Source: Halorussus marinus (GTDB lineage Archaea; Halobacteriota; Halobacteria; Halobacteriales; Haladaptataceae). Taken from it: a stretch of DNA of 64,000 nucleotides. A program made the position numbers and the translations under genes. This document shows, piece after piece, positions 55,681 to 64,000 of this stretch. The stretch covers positions 124,001 through 188,000 of the forward strand of contig NZ_SBIV01000002.1 in NCBI RefSeq assembly GCF_004765795.1, written 5' to 3'. The notes under the pieces are model-generated. The model was not told the DNA's origin. It searched no databases and was given only the letters and a program-made list of their open reading frames with translations. Position 1 is the first letter of the stretch; each line of letters begins with the position of its first letter.

Positions 55681-57813
55681 CTACCGGACTTTCGTTCCCG
55701 GCGCGCTGTCGCCGTGGGTCGTCAGGATGTCCGCGTCCTCGCCCGCCGCCAACAGCATGCCGTTGCTCTCGACGCCGAACAGCTCGGCCTTTTCGAGGTT
55801 CGCGACGATGACCGCACGGGTACCCGCCAGCTCGTCGAGGTCGTGGAGCTGTTTGATGCCCGCGACGATCTGGCGACGCTCGACGCCGATGTCGACTTCG
55901 AGGCGCGCCAGATCGTCGGCCCCCTCGATCGGCTCGGCCGCCTCGATCTCGCCGACGCGGATGTCGAGGTCCTGAAAGTCCTCGAAGCTGATGCGGTCGT
56001 CGGCGATCGGTTCGAGATCCGGTGCGGGCTCGTCCTCGGCGTCGTCGGCGCTCTCGCCGTCGGTCTCACCGTCGTCGGCCGGGCCGGCGCTCGCTTCCAT
56101 CTCGGCGCTGAGTTCCTCGACGCGGTCGTCTTCGATCTTCTCGAACAGCTCGTCGGGCTCGCCGAAGTCGCCGGGCGGCGATTCGAGACAGGCCTCGAGG
56201 TTCGCGTCGTGGACCGACCCGTCCTCGCCGAGTTGCTCCCAGAGCCGCTGGGCCTTGCCGGGCAGGATGGGCGCCGCGAGCACCGCGACCGCCTTCGCCA
56301 CCTGCACGCAGTCGTAGATGACCTGCTCGGCCCGGTCGGGGTCGTCGTCGGTGAGGTTCCACGGCTCGTTGCGCTGGATGTACTCGTTGCCGAACCCGGC
56401 GAGCGCGACCGCCGCGTCGCCGGCCCGCTTGAGCGAGTAGTCGTTGACGGCGGCCTCAAAGTCCTCGACGGCCTCCTCGATACGGGACGCGACCTCCTCG
56501 GAGGTGGTCGCGTCGGGGGTGCCGCCGTAGTTGCGGGCCGCAAAGAGCAGGCTCCGGTAGGCGAAGTTGCCCAGCGTCCCCACCAGTTCGCCGTTGACCC
56601 GCTCTTGGAACTTCTCCCACGAGAAGTCGACGTCCTGCTGGAAGCCGCCCGTCGTCGTCAGGTAGTACCGGACGAGATCCGGGTCGAACCCTTCGTCGAG
56701 GTACTCGTCGGCCCACACCGCGCGGTCGCGGCTGGTCGAGAACGCCGCGCCGTCGAGGTTGACGAAGCCGCTCGCCATCACCGCGCGCGGTTCGTTGTAC
56801 CCCGCCGCCCGGAGCATCGACGGCCAGAACACGGTGTGGTGCTGGATGATGTCCCGGCCGATGATGTGGACGATCTCGCCGGTGTCGCGACCGGCCCACG
56901 TCTCGGCGTCGGCGGCCGCCGGGTCGTCGGCGTCGGGCGCGTTCGCCTTCCAGACGGTCTCCCAGTCGAAGGTGTCGGCGCCGACCCGCTCGGTGTACTG
57001 CTTCGTGGACGCGACGTACTCGATGGGGGCGTCGACCCAGACGTAGAGGACCAGATCGTCGCCGTCCTCGCCGGGGTAGTCGATGCCCCAGTCCATGTCT
57101 CGGGTGATACACCAGTCCTGGAGGCCGTTCTCGATCCACTCGCGGGGCTGGTTTTTCGCGTTGCTCGTGCCTTCGAGCCGGTCGAGAAAGCCCGTGAGAT
57201 AGTCCTCGAACTCCGAGACCCGGAAGAACTTGTGGGTCCGCTCGCGGTACTCGGCGGGGTTGCCCGAGATGGCCGAGACCGGGTCCTCGATCTCGCCGGG
57301 TTCGAGGTGGCGGCCACACCCCTCGTCGCACTCGTCGCCGCGGGCCTGCTCCCCGCAGTAGGGGCAGGTGCCCTCGACATACCGGTCGGGGAGCCACTGG
57401 TCGTCGGTGGGGTCGTAGGCGACCTGTATCTCCTTCTCGTAGACGTGGCCCGCCTCGTCGAGCGTGCGGACGATCTCCCGGGTGAGTTCGGTGTTGGTCG
57501 GTTCGTGCGTGTGGCCGTAGTTGTCGAACTCGACGTTGAACTTCGGGAACGTCCCGGCGTACGTCTCGTGGTGGTCGAGGGCGAACTCCTCGGGGGAGAC
57601 GCCTTCCTTCTCGGCGTTGACCGCGACTGGGGTGCCGTGCATGTCCGATCCGGAGACGAACGCGGTCTCCTGACCGAGCGTCTCCAGCGCGCGGGCGTAC
57701 GCGTCGCCGCTGACGTACGTCCGGAGGTGGCCGATGTGCAGGTCGCCGTTGGCGTACGGCAGTCCGCAGGTCACCACCGCCGGCCGGTCCGTCGGGAAGT
57801 CGTCGTGGCTCAT
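55681..57813 (-). CDS. metG: Methionine--tRNA ligase with C-terminal tRNA-binding OB domain
   Basis: LPYANGDLHIGH, zinc knuckle CPYC..C..C, YVWVDAP, FSTS, ANLEKAELFGVESNGM. Confidence 0.97.
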   Translation of the reverse strand: MSHDDFPTDRPAVVTCGLPYANGDLHIGHLRTYVSGDAYARALETLGQETAFVSGSDMHGTPVAVNAEKEGVSPEEFALDHHETYAGTFPKFNVEFDNYGHTHEPTNTELTREIVRTLDEAGHVYEKEIQVAYDPTDDQWLPDRYVEGTCPYCGEQARGDECDEGCGRHLEPGEIEDPVSAISGNPAEYRERTHKFFRVSEFEDYLTGFLDRLEGTSNAKNQPREWIENGLQDWCITRDMDWGIDYPGEDGDDLVLYVWVDAPIEYVASTKQYTERVGADTFDWETVWKANAPDADDPAAADAETWAGRDTGEIVHIIGRDIIQHHTVFWPSMLRAAGYNEPRAVMASGFVNLDGAAFSTSRDRAVWADEYLDEGFDPDLVRYYLTTTGGFQQDVDFSWEKFQERVNGELVGTLGNFAYRSLLFAARNYGGTPDATTSEEVASRIEEAVEDFEAAVNDYSLKRAGDAAVALAGFGNEYIQRNEPWNLTDDDPDRAEQVIYDCVQVAKAVAVLAAPILPGKAQRLWEQLGEDGSVHDANLEACLESPPGDFGEPDELFEKIEDDRVEELSAEMEASAGPADDGETDGESADDAEDEPAPDLEPIADDRISFEDFQDLDIRVGEIEAAEPIEGADDLARLEVDIGVERRQIVAGIKQLHDLDELAGTRAVIVANLEKAELFGVESNGMLLAAGEDADILTTHGDSAPGTKVR

Positions 57814-58099
57814 ACTGTTCGGTCCGTCGCGACGGGTGTAAAAGCCGCCGATTTCGGTGTTTCGTGCGCGGGTCGCGTCGCGTCGACCTCGCTGGATCGT
57901 ACTCCCCGGCCATCGTCTCTTATAAATGAGTTCCGAGTCGGGGCGAGCGGGCCTCAAACGACTTTTTGTGACCGACGCCCCCGCGTCGTGTCGTGACAGT
58001 GATATTGGAGGTATCGCCCGTTTCGAGCGTCGAGAGCGGATTTTTATATCTGATAATCCCGTCCAAATCTTTATTAGGTGGTCTTTTCGACTCATCTCC

Positions 58100-59350
58100 A
58101 TGTCCACTGGGTACTCACGACGATCCGTCCTCAGGCGGGGCGGCGCCGCTCTCGTCGGCGCCGGCTCGCTCTCGGGCTGTCTCGGGGAGGTCCGGGGCTC
58201 GGAGTCCGCCGTGCGGTTCGGAACGATCTTCCCGCTGTCTGCGGAGGGGCCCCTCGAAGTCCTCGGCACGCACCACCGCCGGGCCGTCGAGCAGGCCGTC
58301 GAAGACGTCCGAGCCGGCGGCGGGCCGCTGGGGCGAGACGTCGAGCTACTGGCCCGCGACAGCGAGGTGAGCCCCGAGGCCGCGGTCGAACGGTGCGAGG
58401 CGCTCCAAGACGAGAACGCCGTCGGGTTCGTCGGCGGCCTCGTGAGCGGCGTCTCGCTCGCGCTCGCCGAACACATCGCCGACGACCCGATCGCGCAGGT
58501 GAGCCAGTCGAGCACGGCCCCGGGGCTCGCCGACCGGGGGTACCGCGAGGACACCAAGTACGTCGGTCGGACCGCGCCCAACGACATCCAGCAGGCGTCC
58601 GTGATGGCGAAGGTCCTCGACGATCCCAAGTACGTCGGCGCCGACGACGTCGCCGTCCTCTACCTCGACGACGCGTTCGGCAACAGTCTGGTCACCGAGG
58701 TCACGGCGGCCGTCGACGCCGACGTGATCGCGGAGGTCCCGTTCGAGTCGGGGGCGGCGTCGTACGACGACACCATCTCGACGCTACTGGCCGACGATCC
58801 GGACGGGGTCGCCGTGGTGGGGTCGCCCGGGAGCACGAAAGACGTGCTCACTCGCGGGCTCAACAGCGACTACGACGGCGAGTGGGTGCTGAGCGCCGGG
58901 CTGGTCCCCGACGCGCTCCCTAACCTCTACACGAACGTGTACGACGCGACGGTGATGTCCCAGCAGTCGAACGGCGCCCAGAAGCTCGCCCAGCGACTCG
59001 AAGACATCGCGCCGCTGGCGCCGTACACCCAACACGCATACGACGCGCTGTTCCTGCAGGCGCTCGCGATCGAGCGAGCCGGCGAGGCGACGCCCGAGGC
59101 GATCGCGAACAACCTCCAGGCGGTGTCGGGCGGTCGGGGCCACACCGTGACGGTCGGGGAGTTCGACCGCGCCCGAAAACTGCTCGACGCCGGCCGGGAG
59201 ATCAACTACGAGGGCGCTTCGGGGAGCGTCGATCTGAACGCCGACCTCGAACCGCTCAGTCCGTACCTGATCCGGGAGGTGTACCGCGGGTCCGTGAGGA
59301 ACCGCGAGCTCGTGAAGACCTCGTTCTTCGAGGGGGGAGACGATGAGTGA
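58100..59350 (+). CDS. Branched-chain-amino-acid-type substrate-binding Tat lipoprotein (BasB-like)
   Basis: SRRSVL...LSGC; GRTAPND..QA, AYDA, INYEGASG; overlaps the transducer start. Confidence 0.85.
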   Translation: MSTGYSRRSVLRRGGAALVGAGSLSGCLGEVRGSESAVRFGTIFPLSAEGPLEVLGTHHRRAVEQAVEDVRAGGGPLGRDVELLARDSEVSPEAAVERCEALQDENAVGFVGGLVSGVSLALAEHIADDPIAQVSQSSTAPGLADRGYREDTKYVGRTAPNDIQQASVMAKVLDDPKYVGADDVAVLYLDDAFGNSLVTEVTAAVDADVIAEVPFESGAASYDDTISTLLADDPDGVAVVGSPGSTKDVLTRGLNSDYDGEWVLSAGLVPDALPNLYTNVYDATVMSQQSNGAQKLAQRLEDIAPLAPYTQHAYDALFLQALAIERAGEATPEAIANNLQAVSGGRGHTVTVGEFDRARKLLDAGREINYEGASGSVDLNADLEPLSPYLIREVYRGSVRNRELVKTSFFEGGDDE

Positions 59351-61769
59351 CGACGACTCCGGGCTCCGCGAGCGGCTGGGTCGGGCGTCGGGCTGGCTCG
59401 AACGCCGGCTCCCCAGCGCGATCCGGCGGAGCTACGCCGCGAAGTTCAACCTCGTGTTGGTGCTCGTGATCGTGCTCGTCGGCGCCATCGGCGTCTTCAC
59501 CCACTTCGACACGCAGGGGCTCGTTCGAGACGACACCGAGGCCGAAATCACCGGTATCGCCCAGCGGGAGGCGACAGCGATCCAGAACTGGGTGAACAAC
59601 AGGAAGACGACCGCGTCGTTCATCGCGACGTCGATCACCGCGGGCGACACCGCCAAGATCCAGGCCAACCTCGAACGGAAACTTGTCGAGGTGCCCGCCG
59701 ACGTCGAGTCGATACACTACATCGGCCGAAACCGCGGGACGATCATGGCGAGCACCGACGACGGGAAGATCGAGACCAGCGTCGCGGGCGAGACTCCCTG
59801 GGCGAACAACCTCACCGACCTCGAACAGGGGACCGTTCGAATGTCCGAGCCCTACGAGACCGACGCCGGGCCGGTCGTGGCGTTCGTCACTCCGGTCAAC
59901 GCCGATCGGGCGATCGTGCTGACGACCTCTCTGGAGAAGCGCTCGCTCGGATTCAGCTCCCCGATCGCCACCGGCGACATCAAGGTGGTCGACGCCGACG
60001 GCACCATCGTCTTCGACAACCGGAACGCGAACATCCTCGACCCGTACGCCGACGGCGAACTCCCAGCGGCCGTCGCGACGGGGATGAACGGCGAGAGCGC
60101 GTTCGAGACGATCTCCGCACAGACCGGGATGGAGTCGGGCAGCTACGTGATGGCCTCGGCCCCGGTCGTCGGGACCGACTGGGTGCTGGCCTACCACGTC
60201 CCGAAACAGCAGGCCTACGGCCTCCAGACGCAGGTGACCCGGAACATCGGGGGTCTGCTGGTCGTGATGCTCGTCGGACTGGGGCTTGTCGGGCTCACCA
60301 TCGGTCGCCGGACCGGCCGGGAGCTCGACGTCCTCTCGGAGAAGGCCGACGCCATCGCACGCGGCGAGCTCGACGTCGACCTCCCCGAGACGCGCCGGGA
60401 GGACGAGCTCGGGTCGCTCATCCACGCGTTCGCGGCGATGCGGACGTATCTCAACACGGTGGCCGATCAGGCGGGCGCGCTCGCCGACCAGAACTTCGAC
60501 GATCCGGTGCTCGACGAGGACGTGCCCGGCACCTTCGGCGACGCGCTCGACCGGATGCAGGGGAACCTCGAAACGATGGTCACCGACATCGAACGCGCCC
60601 GCGACGAGGCCGAGGGCGCGAAACAGGAGGCCGAGGCGCTCAACGAGGCGCTGGTCCAGAAAGCCGGGGAGTTCGGCGAGGTGATGGAGGCGGCCGCCGA
60701 CGGCGACCTCACCCGGCGGATGGACACCGACAGCGACAGCGAGGCGATGGCCCAGATCGCTCGGGAGTTCAACGAGATGATGACCGAACTCGAGGCCACC
60801 GTCGAGGAGGTCCGGAGCTTCGCCGGGAGCGTCGCCAGCGCGAGCGAACAGGTGACAGCCCGGACCGAGGACATCGCCGACACCAGCCAGCAGGTCTCTC
60901 GGGCGAGCCAGCAGCTCTCGGAGGCCGCCCGCGAGCAACAGGAGAACCTCGACACCACGTCGAACGAGGTCAACACCCTCTCGGCCACTATCCAGGAGGT
61001 CGCCGCCTCCGCCGACGAGGTCGCCAAGGCCGCCGAGAACACCGAAGCGCTCGGCGAGGACGGCCGCGAGGCCGCCAACGAGGCGATCGAGATGATGAAC
61101 GAGATCGAGACCGAGACCGAAGCGACCGTCGAACAGATCGACGGGCTCCAGTCCGAGATGGACCAGATCGGCGAGATCGTCGATCTGATCCGGGACATCG
61201 CCGACCAGACCAACCTGCTCGCGTTGAACGCCAACATCGAGGCGGCGGCCGCCGACGGGTCGAGCGACGGCTTCGAAGTGGTCGCCAACGAGATCAAGGC
61301 GCTGGCCGAGGAGTCGAAGGAGGCCGTCGACCAGATCGAAGATCAGATCGCGGAGATTCAGGCCGAGACCGACGACGCGGTCGACGACATCCGCCAGACC
61401 CAATCGCAGGTCTCGGCCGGCGTCGAGACGGTCGACGAGGCCCAGGAGTCGCTGAAGGCCATCGTCGAGAACGTCGAGGAGACCGCGGTCGGCATCCAGC
61501 AGATCAACTCCGCGACCGACGAGCAGGCCAGTTCGACCGAGGAGGTCGTGAGCATGATGGACGACGTGACCCGGCTCAGCGAGGAGTCGGCCGACGAGGC
61601 CGAGCAGGTCGCGGCCGCGACCGAACAGCAGTCCGACGCGGTCTCGGAGGTCACCGACAGCGCCGACCACCTCGCGCGGCAGGCCGACGAACTGATGGAG
61701 ATGCTGGAGGACTTCCGGGTCGAGCGCGAGGAGCCGAGCGAGTCGTCGACGAGCGCGCCCGAGCAGTAG
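59343..61769 (+). CDS. Halobacterial transducer / methyl-accepting chemotaxis protein (BasT-like)
   Basis: Two TM helices, Cache-like sensor region, two HAMP domains, IADQTNLLALNA signalling domain. Confidence 0.93.
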   Translation: MSDDDSGLRERLGRASGWLERRLPSAIRRSYAAKFNLVLVLVIVLVGAIGVFTHFDTQGLVRDDTEAEITGIAQREATAIQNWVNNRKTTASFIATSITAGDTAKIQANLERKLVEVPADVESIHYIGRNRGTIMASTDDGKIETSVAGETPWANNLTDLEQGTVRMSEPYETDAGPVVAFVTPVNADRAIVLTTSLEKRSLGFSSPIATGDIKVVDADGTIVFDNRNANILDPYADGELPAAVATGMNGESAFETISAQTGMESGSYVMASAPVVGTDWVLAYHVPKQQAYGLQTQVTRNIGGLLVVMLVGLGLVGLTIGRRTGRELDVLSEKADAIARGELDVDLPETRREDELGSLIHAFAAMRTYLNTVADQAGALADQNFDDPVLDEDVPGTFGDALDRMQGNLETMVTDIERARDEAEGAKQEAEALNEALVQKAGEFGEVMEAAADGDLTRRMDTDSDSEAMAQIAREFNEMMTELEATVEEVRSFAGSVASASEQVTARTEDIADTSQQVSRASQQLSEAAREQQENLDTTSNEVNTLSATIQEVAASADEVAKAAENTEALGEDGREAANEAIEMMNEIETETEATVEQIDGLQSEMDQIGEIVDLIRDIADQTNLLALNANIEAAAADGSSDGFEVVANEIKALAEESKEAVDQIEDQIAEIQAETDDAVDDIRQTQSQVSAGVETVDEAQESLKAIVENVEETAVGIQQINSATDEQASSTEEVVSMMDDVTRLSEESADEAEQVAAATEQQSDAVSEVTDSADHLARQADELMEMLEDFRVEREEPSESSTSAPEQ

Positions 61770-61797
61770 ACACCGAAGGTCACTCGACGGCGCGCGA

Positions 61798-62319
61798 TCA
61801 CTCGCCGTCGCGGTCGAACCGCTCGGCCGCCGATTCGAACGCGGTCTCGGACCGCTCGCGCGACCGGCGGCCCTCCTTCTCGGCGATCGCCTCGGGGTCG
61901 GGGTTCGCGTCGTCGTCGATCCGCGCCCACGAGTCGTGGACTTTGGCGTGACACCACCGACAGAGGTACACCGTGATCTCGTGGCTCAGGGTCCCGGCCT
62001 CGTCCGCGTACGAGAGGTGGTGTTCTTCGAGCAGGGGGCGCTCGTCGGAGTGGGCCATCCGGCGTTCTCCCAACCCACACCGGACGCACGCTCGATCGCG
62101 GTTCCGACACCGGTAGTGGGGACACGACTCCCAGTCGCCGTCGGGGACCGCCGGACACCGCAGGTCGTCCTCGCGGCGCTCGCGGGCGAACGCCGGATCC
62201 CGTTCGGGGTGTTCGAAGGCGTACCGGCACTTTCCCTCGTCGGTGAGATGGTCACAGAGCCCGGCGTGGTCGTAGGGATCGTCCACGCCGACGGGCGTCC
62301 CCGAGGGCGTCTCTTTCAC
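61798..62319 (-). CDS. Conserved Cys/His-rich haloarchaeal protein with HNH-like motif
   Basis: CVRC...EEHHLSY...LCRWCHAKVH; GTG start at 62319 (62328 also possible). Confidence 0.75.
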   Translation of the reverse strand: MKETPSGTPVGVDDPYDHAGLCDHLTDEGKCRYAFEHPERDPAFARERREDDLRCPAVPDGDWESCPHYRCRNRDRACVRCGLGERRMAHSDERPLLEEHHLSYADEAGTLSHEITVYLCRWCHAKVHDSWARIDDDANPDPEAIAEKEGRRSRERSETAFESAAERFDRDGE

Positions 62320-62404
62320 GCCCGCCACTCGGGGGTCTACGGATAAAAATGTGTAGCGACGCGCCAGCGCAACGCTTTTGCTCGCGCCGCGAACACCTCG
62401 GCCC

Positions 62405-62752
62405 GTGGAACTGATACACGAGTCGGGCGGCGAGCGACAGACCCTCGCTACCGACGTGGAGACGGCCGATTCGTTCCTCTCGCGGGCGAAGGGCCTGATG
62501 TTCAGGCGGTCGATTCCCGACGACTACGCGCTGGTCTTCCGGTTCGACGGCGTCGGGACCCGGGACGTCCACATGGTGTTCGTGCCGTTCGGGCTCGACG
62601 TGCTGTGGCTCCGGGACGGGGAAGTCCGGCACAAAGAGCGCCTCTCGGCGTGGACCGGGCTGGCCGAAGCCGAGGCCGACACGCTGGTCGAACTCCCGGC
62701 CGGCGCCGCCGACGGCGTGGCTGTCGGCGATGCGGTTGGGCTCGACTCGTAG
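62405..62752 (+). CDS. DUF192-family protein
   Basis: ADSFLSRAKGLMFR, HMVFVPFGLDV, VELPAG. Confidence 0.88.
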   Translation: MELIHESGGERQTLATDVETADSFLSRAKGLMFRRSIPDDYALVFRFDGVGTRDVHMVFVPFGLDVLWLRDGEVRHKERLSAWTGLAEAEADTLVELPAGAADGVAVGDAVGLDS

Positions 62753-62823
62753 GTCCGACAGACCCGCCTGTCACAAAGGCCCCCTTAAGCCGGTCGGGCT
62801 CCGAGCCCCTGTCGTGGTTTCGC

Positions 62824-62862
62824 ATGACCCGTGAACGTTTTATTCGGGGGCTTCCCGAATAG
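62824..62862 (+). other. Leader ORF MTRERFIRGLPE overlapping the cimA start out of frame
   Basis: ATG ACC CGT GAA CGT TTT ATT CGG GGG CTT CCC GAA TAG; first ATG after the TATA-like CTTAAG at about 62784. Confidence 0.6.
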
Positions 62863-64000
62863 CACACCTCTCTCAGACCGGGACGTACAGCTGTTAGATA
62901 CGACGCTTCGCGACGGCGAGCAGGCACCGGGCATCTCGCTGGCGCCCGAGGAGAAAGCCGAGATAGCCGCGGCGCTCGACGCGGCGGGCGTCTCGGTCAT
63001 CGAGGCCGGGAGCGCCTGCACCGGCGAGGGCGAGCGCGAGGCGATCCGTCGGGTGACCGACCGGGACCTCGACGCTAAGATCACCAGCTTCGCCCGCGGG
63101 GTCCGCGACGACGTCGACCTCGCGCTCGACTGCGACGTCGACGGGGTCGGCATCGTGGTGCCGGCCAGCGACCGCCACGTCGAGGGGAAGGTCGGGACGA
63201 CCCGCGAGGAGGTGGTCGAGACGACCGCCGACCTCGTGGCCTACGCCCGCGACCACGGCCTGTGGGTCGAGGTGCTCGGCGAGGACGGCTCGCGGGCCGA
63301 CCTCGACTTCCTCGAAACCCTGATGGCCGAAGCTCTGGACGCCGGCGCCGACCGGGTGTGTTTCTGCGACACGGTGGGCCACGCAGGTCCCGAGCGCACC
63401 TACGAGGCGGTCTCGCGGCTCGCCGAACTGGGCCCGACCAGCACCCACACCCACGACGACCTCGGGCTCGCGGTGACCAACGCCCTCGCGAGCCTCGCGG
63501 CGGGCGCCGACCTCGTCCACGCCACGGTCAACGGCGTCGGCGAGCGGGCGGGCAACGTCGCCCTCGAAGAGGTCGCGATCGCGCTCGACCACTGCTACGG
63601 AGTCGAGACCGCGGACACGACTCGACTCTACGACCTCGCGCGCGTGGTCGCGGACGCGACCGGCGTCGCGCTCGCGCCGAACAAGGCGGTCGTCGGCGAG
63701 AACGCGTTCGCCCACGAGTCGGGCATCCACACCGACGGCACGCTCAAAGACGAGCGGATGTACGAGCCGTACCCGCCCGAGAGGGTGGGCCGCGAGCGCC
63801 GGCTCGTGCTCGGCAAGCACACCGGTCGGGCGGGCGCGAAGGCCGCGCTCGCCGAGCACGGCGTCGAAGTCGACGACGACGAGCTCGGCGCGGTTGTCGC
63901 CCGGGTCCAGCGGCTCGCCGAGCGGGGCAAGCGCGTGACCGACGCCGACCTGCTCGCCATCGCCGAGGACGTGCAGGGACGGGACCGCGACCGGCGAATC
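62831..64000 (+). CDS. cimA: (R)-citramalate synthase, LeuA/CimA family (3' truncated by window edge; absent from ORF track)
   Basis: LLDTTLRDGEQAPG, IEAGSA, EDGSRAD, CDTVG, HTHDDLGLAVTN, NGVGERAGN, AHESGIH; apparent in-frame start is the GTG at 62831. Confidence 0.85.
   Translation, partial: MNVLFGGFPNSTPLSDRDVQLLDTTLRDGEQAPGISLAPEEKAEIAAALDAAGVSVIEAGSACTGEGEREAIRRVTDRDLDAKITSFARGVRDDVDLALDCDVDGVGIVVPASDRHVEGKVGTTREEVVETTADLVAYARDHGLWVEVLGEDGSRADLDFLETLMAEALDAGADRVCFCDTVGHAGPERTYEAVSRLAELGPTSTHTHDDLGLAVTNALASLAAGADLVHATVNGVGERAGNVALEEVAIALDHCYGVETADTTRLYDLARVVADATGVALAPNKAVVGENAFAHESGIHTDGTLKDERMYEPYPPERVGRERRLVLGKHTGRAGAKAALAEHGVEVDDDELGAVVARVQRLAERGKRVTDADLLAIAEDVQGRDRDRRI

Noticed and set aside
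55681..58629. 982-aa ORF-track call for metG, and similar 5' extensions of mutase, HAD, pyk, aroD and yjjX
   Set aside because: The extensions are non-conserved-looking and cross promoters or other genes; downstream ATGs match family N-termini and TATA spacing.

Overview
GC-rich (haloarchaeal, class Halobacteria) core-chromosome segment with acidic proteins and mostly leaderless genes. No rRNA, tRNA, CRISPR array, prophage or intact IS was seen. Contents: tail of a Bat-type regulator with a HalOD1/small-protein cluster; aCPSF1; sppA; korAB; methylmalonyl-CoA epimerase and mutase; a gluconate/semi-phosphorylative Entner-Doudoroff block (HAD hydrolase, DHDPS-family aldolase, gluconate dehydratase); an extracytoplasmic redox block (DUF3179, MsrA, CcdA-TlpA-Sco); smc-scpA; MTA phosphorylase; nfeD-SPFH genes; aglD; tfb; an orphan m4C DNA methyltransferase; aroD and DHQ synthase II; ppsA; pyk; metG; a binding-protein/transducer chemotaxis pair; and the 5' part of citramalate synthase. 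The most interesting signals are non-coding or below the ORF-track threshold. (1) An out-of-frame leader ORF (MTRERFIRGLPE) overlaps the start of cimA and carries ATT-C/CTT-C sites that suggest amino-acid-sensing +1 frameshift or uORF control. (2) A long structured 5' leader sits upstream of the termination factor aCPSF1. (3) A 30-bp direct repeat brackets a chain of hairpins after gad. (4) An IS200/IS605-type end supplies a gene's stop codon. (5) A repeat insertion is translated in-frame in ScpA. (6) There is an unannotated 32-aa ORF with its own promoter. (7) TrmB-like operators occur at sugar-metabolism genes. Family assignments are from motif recognition only; no searches were run.
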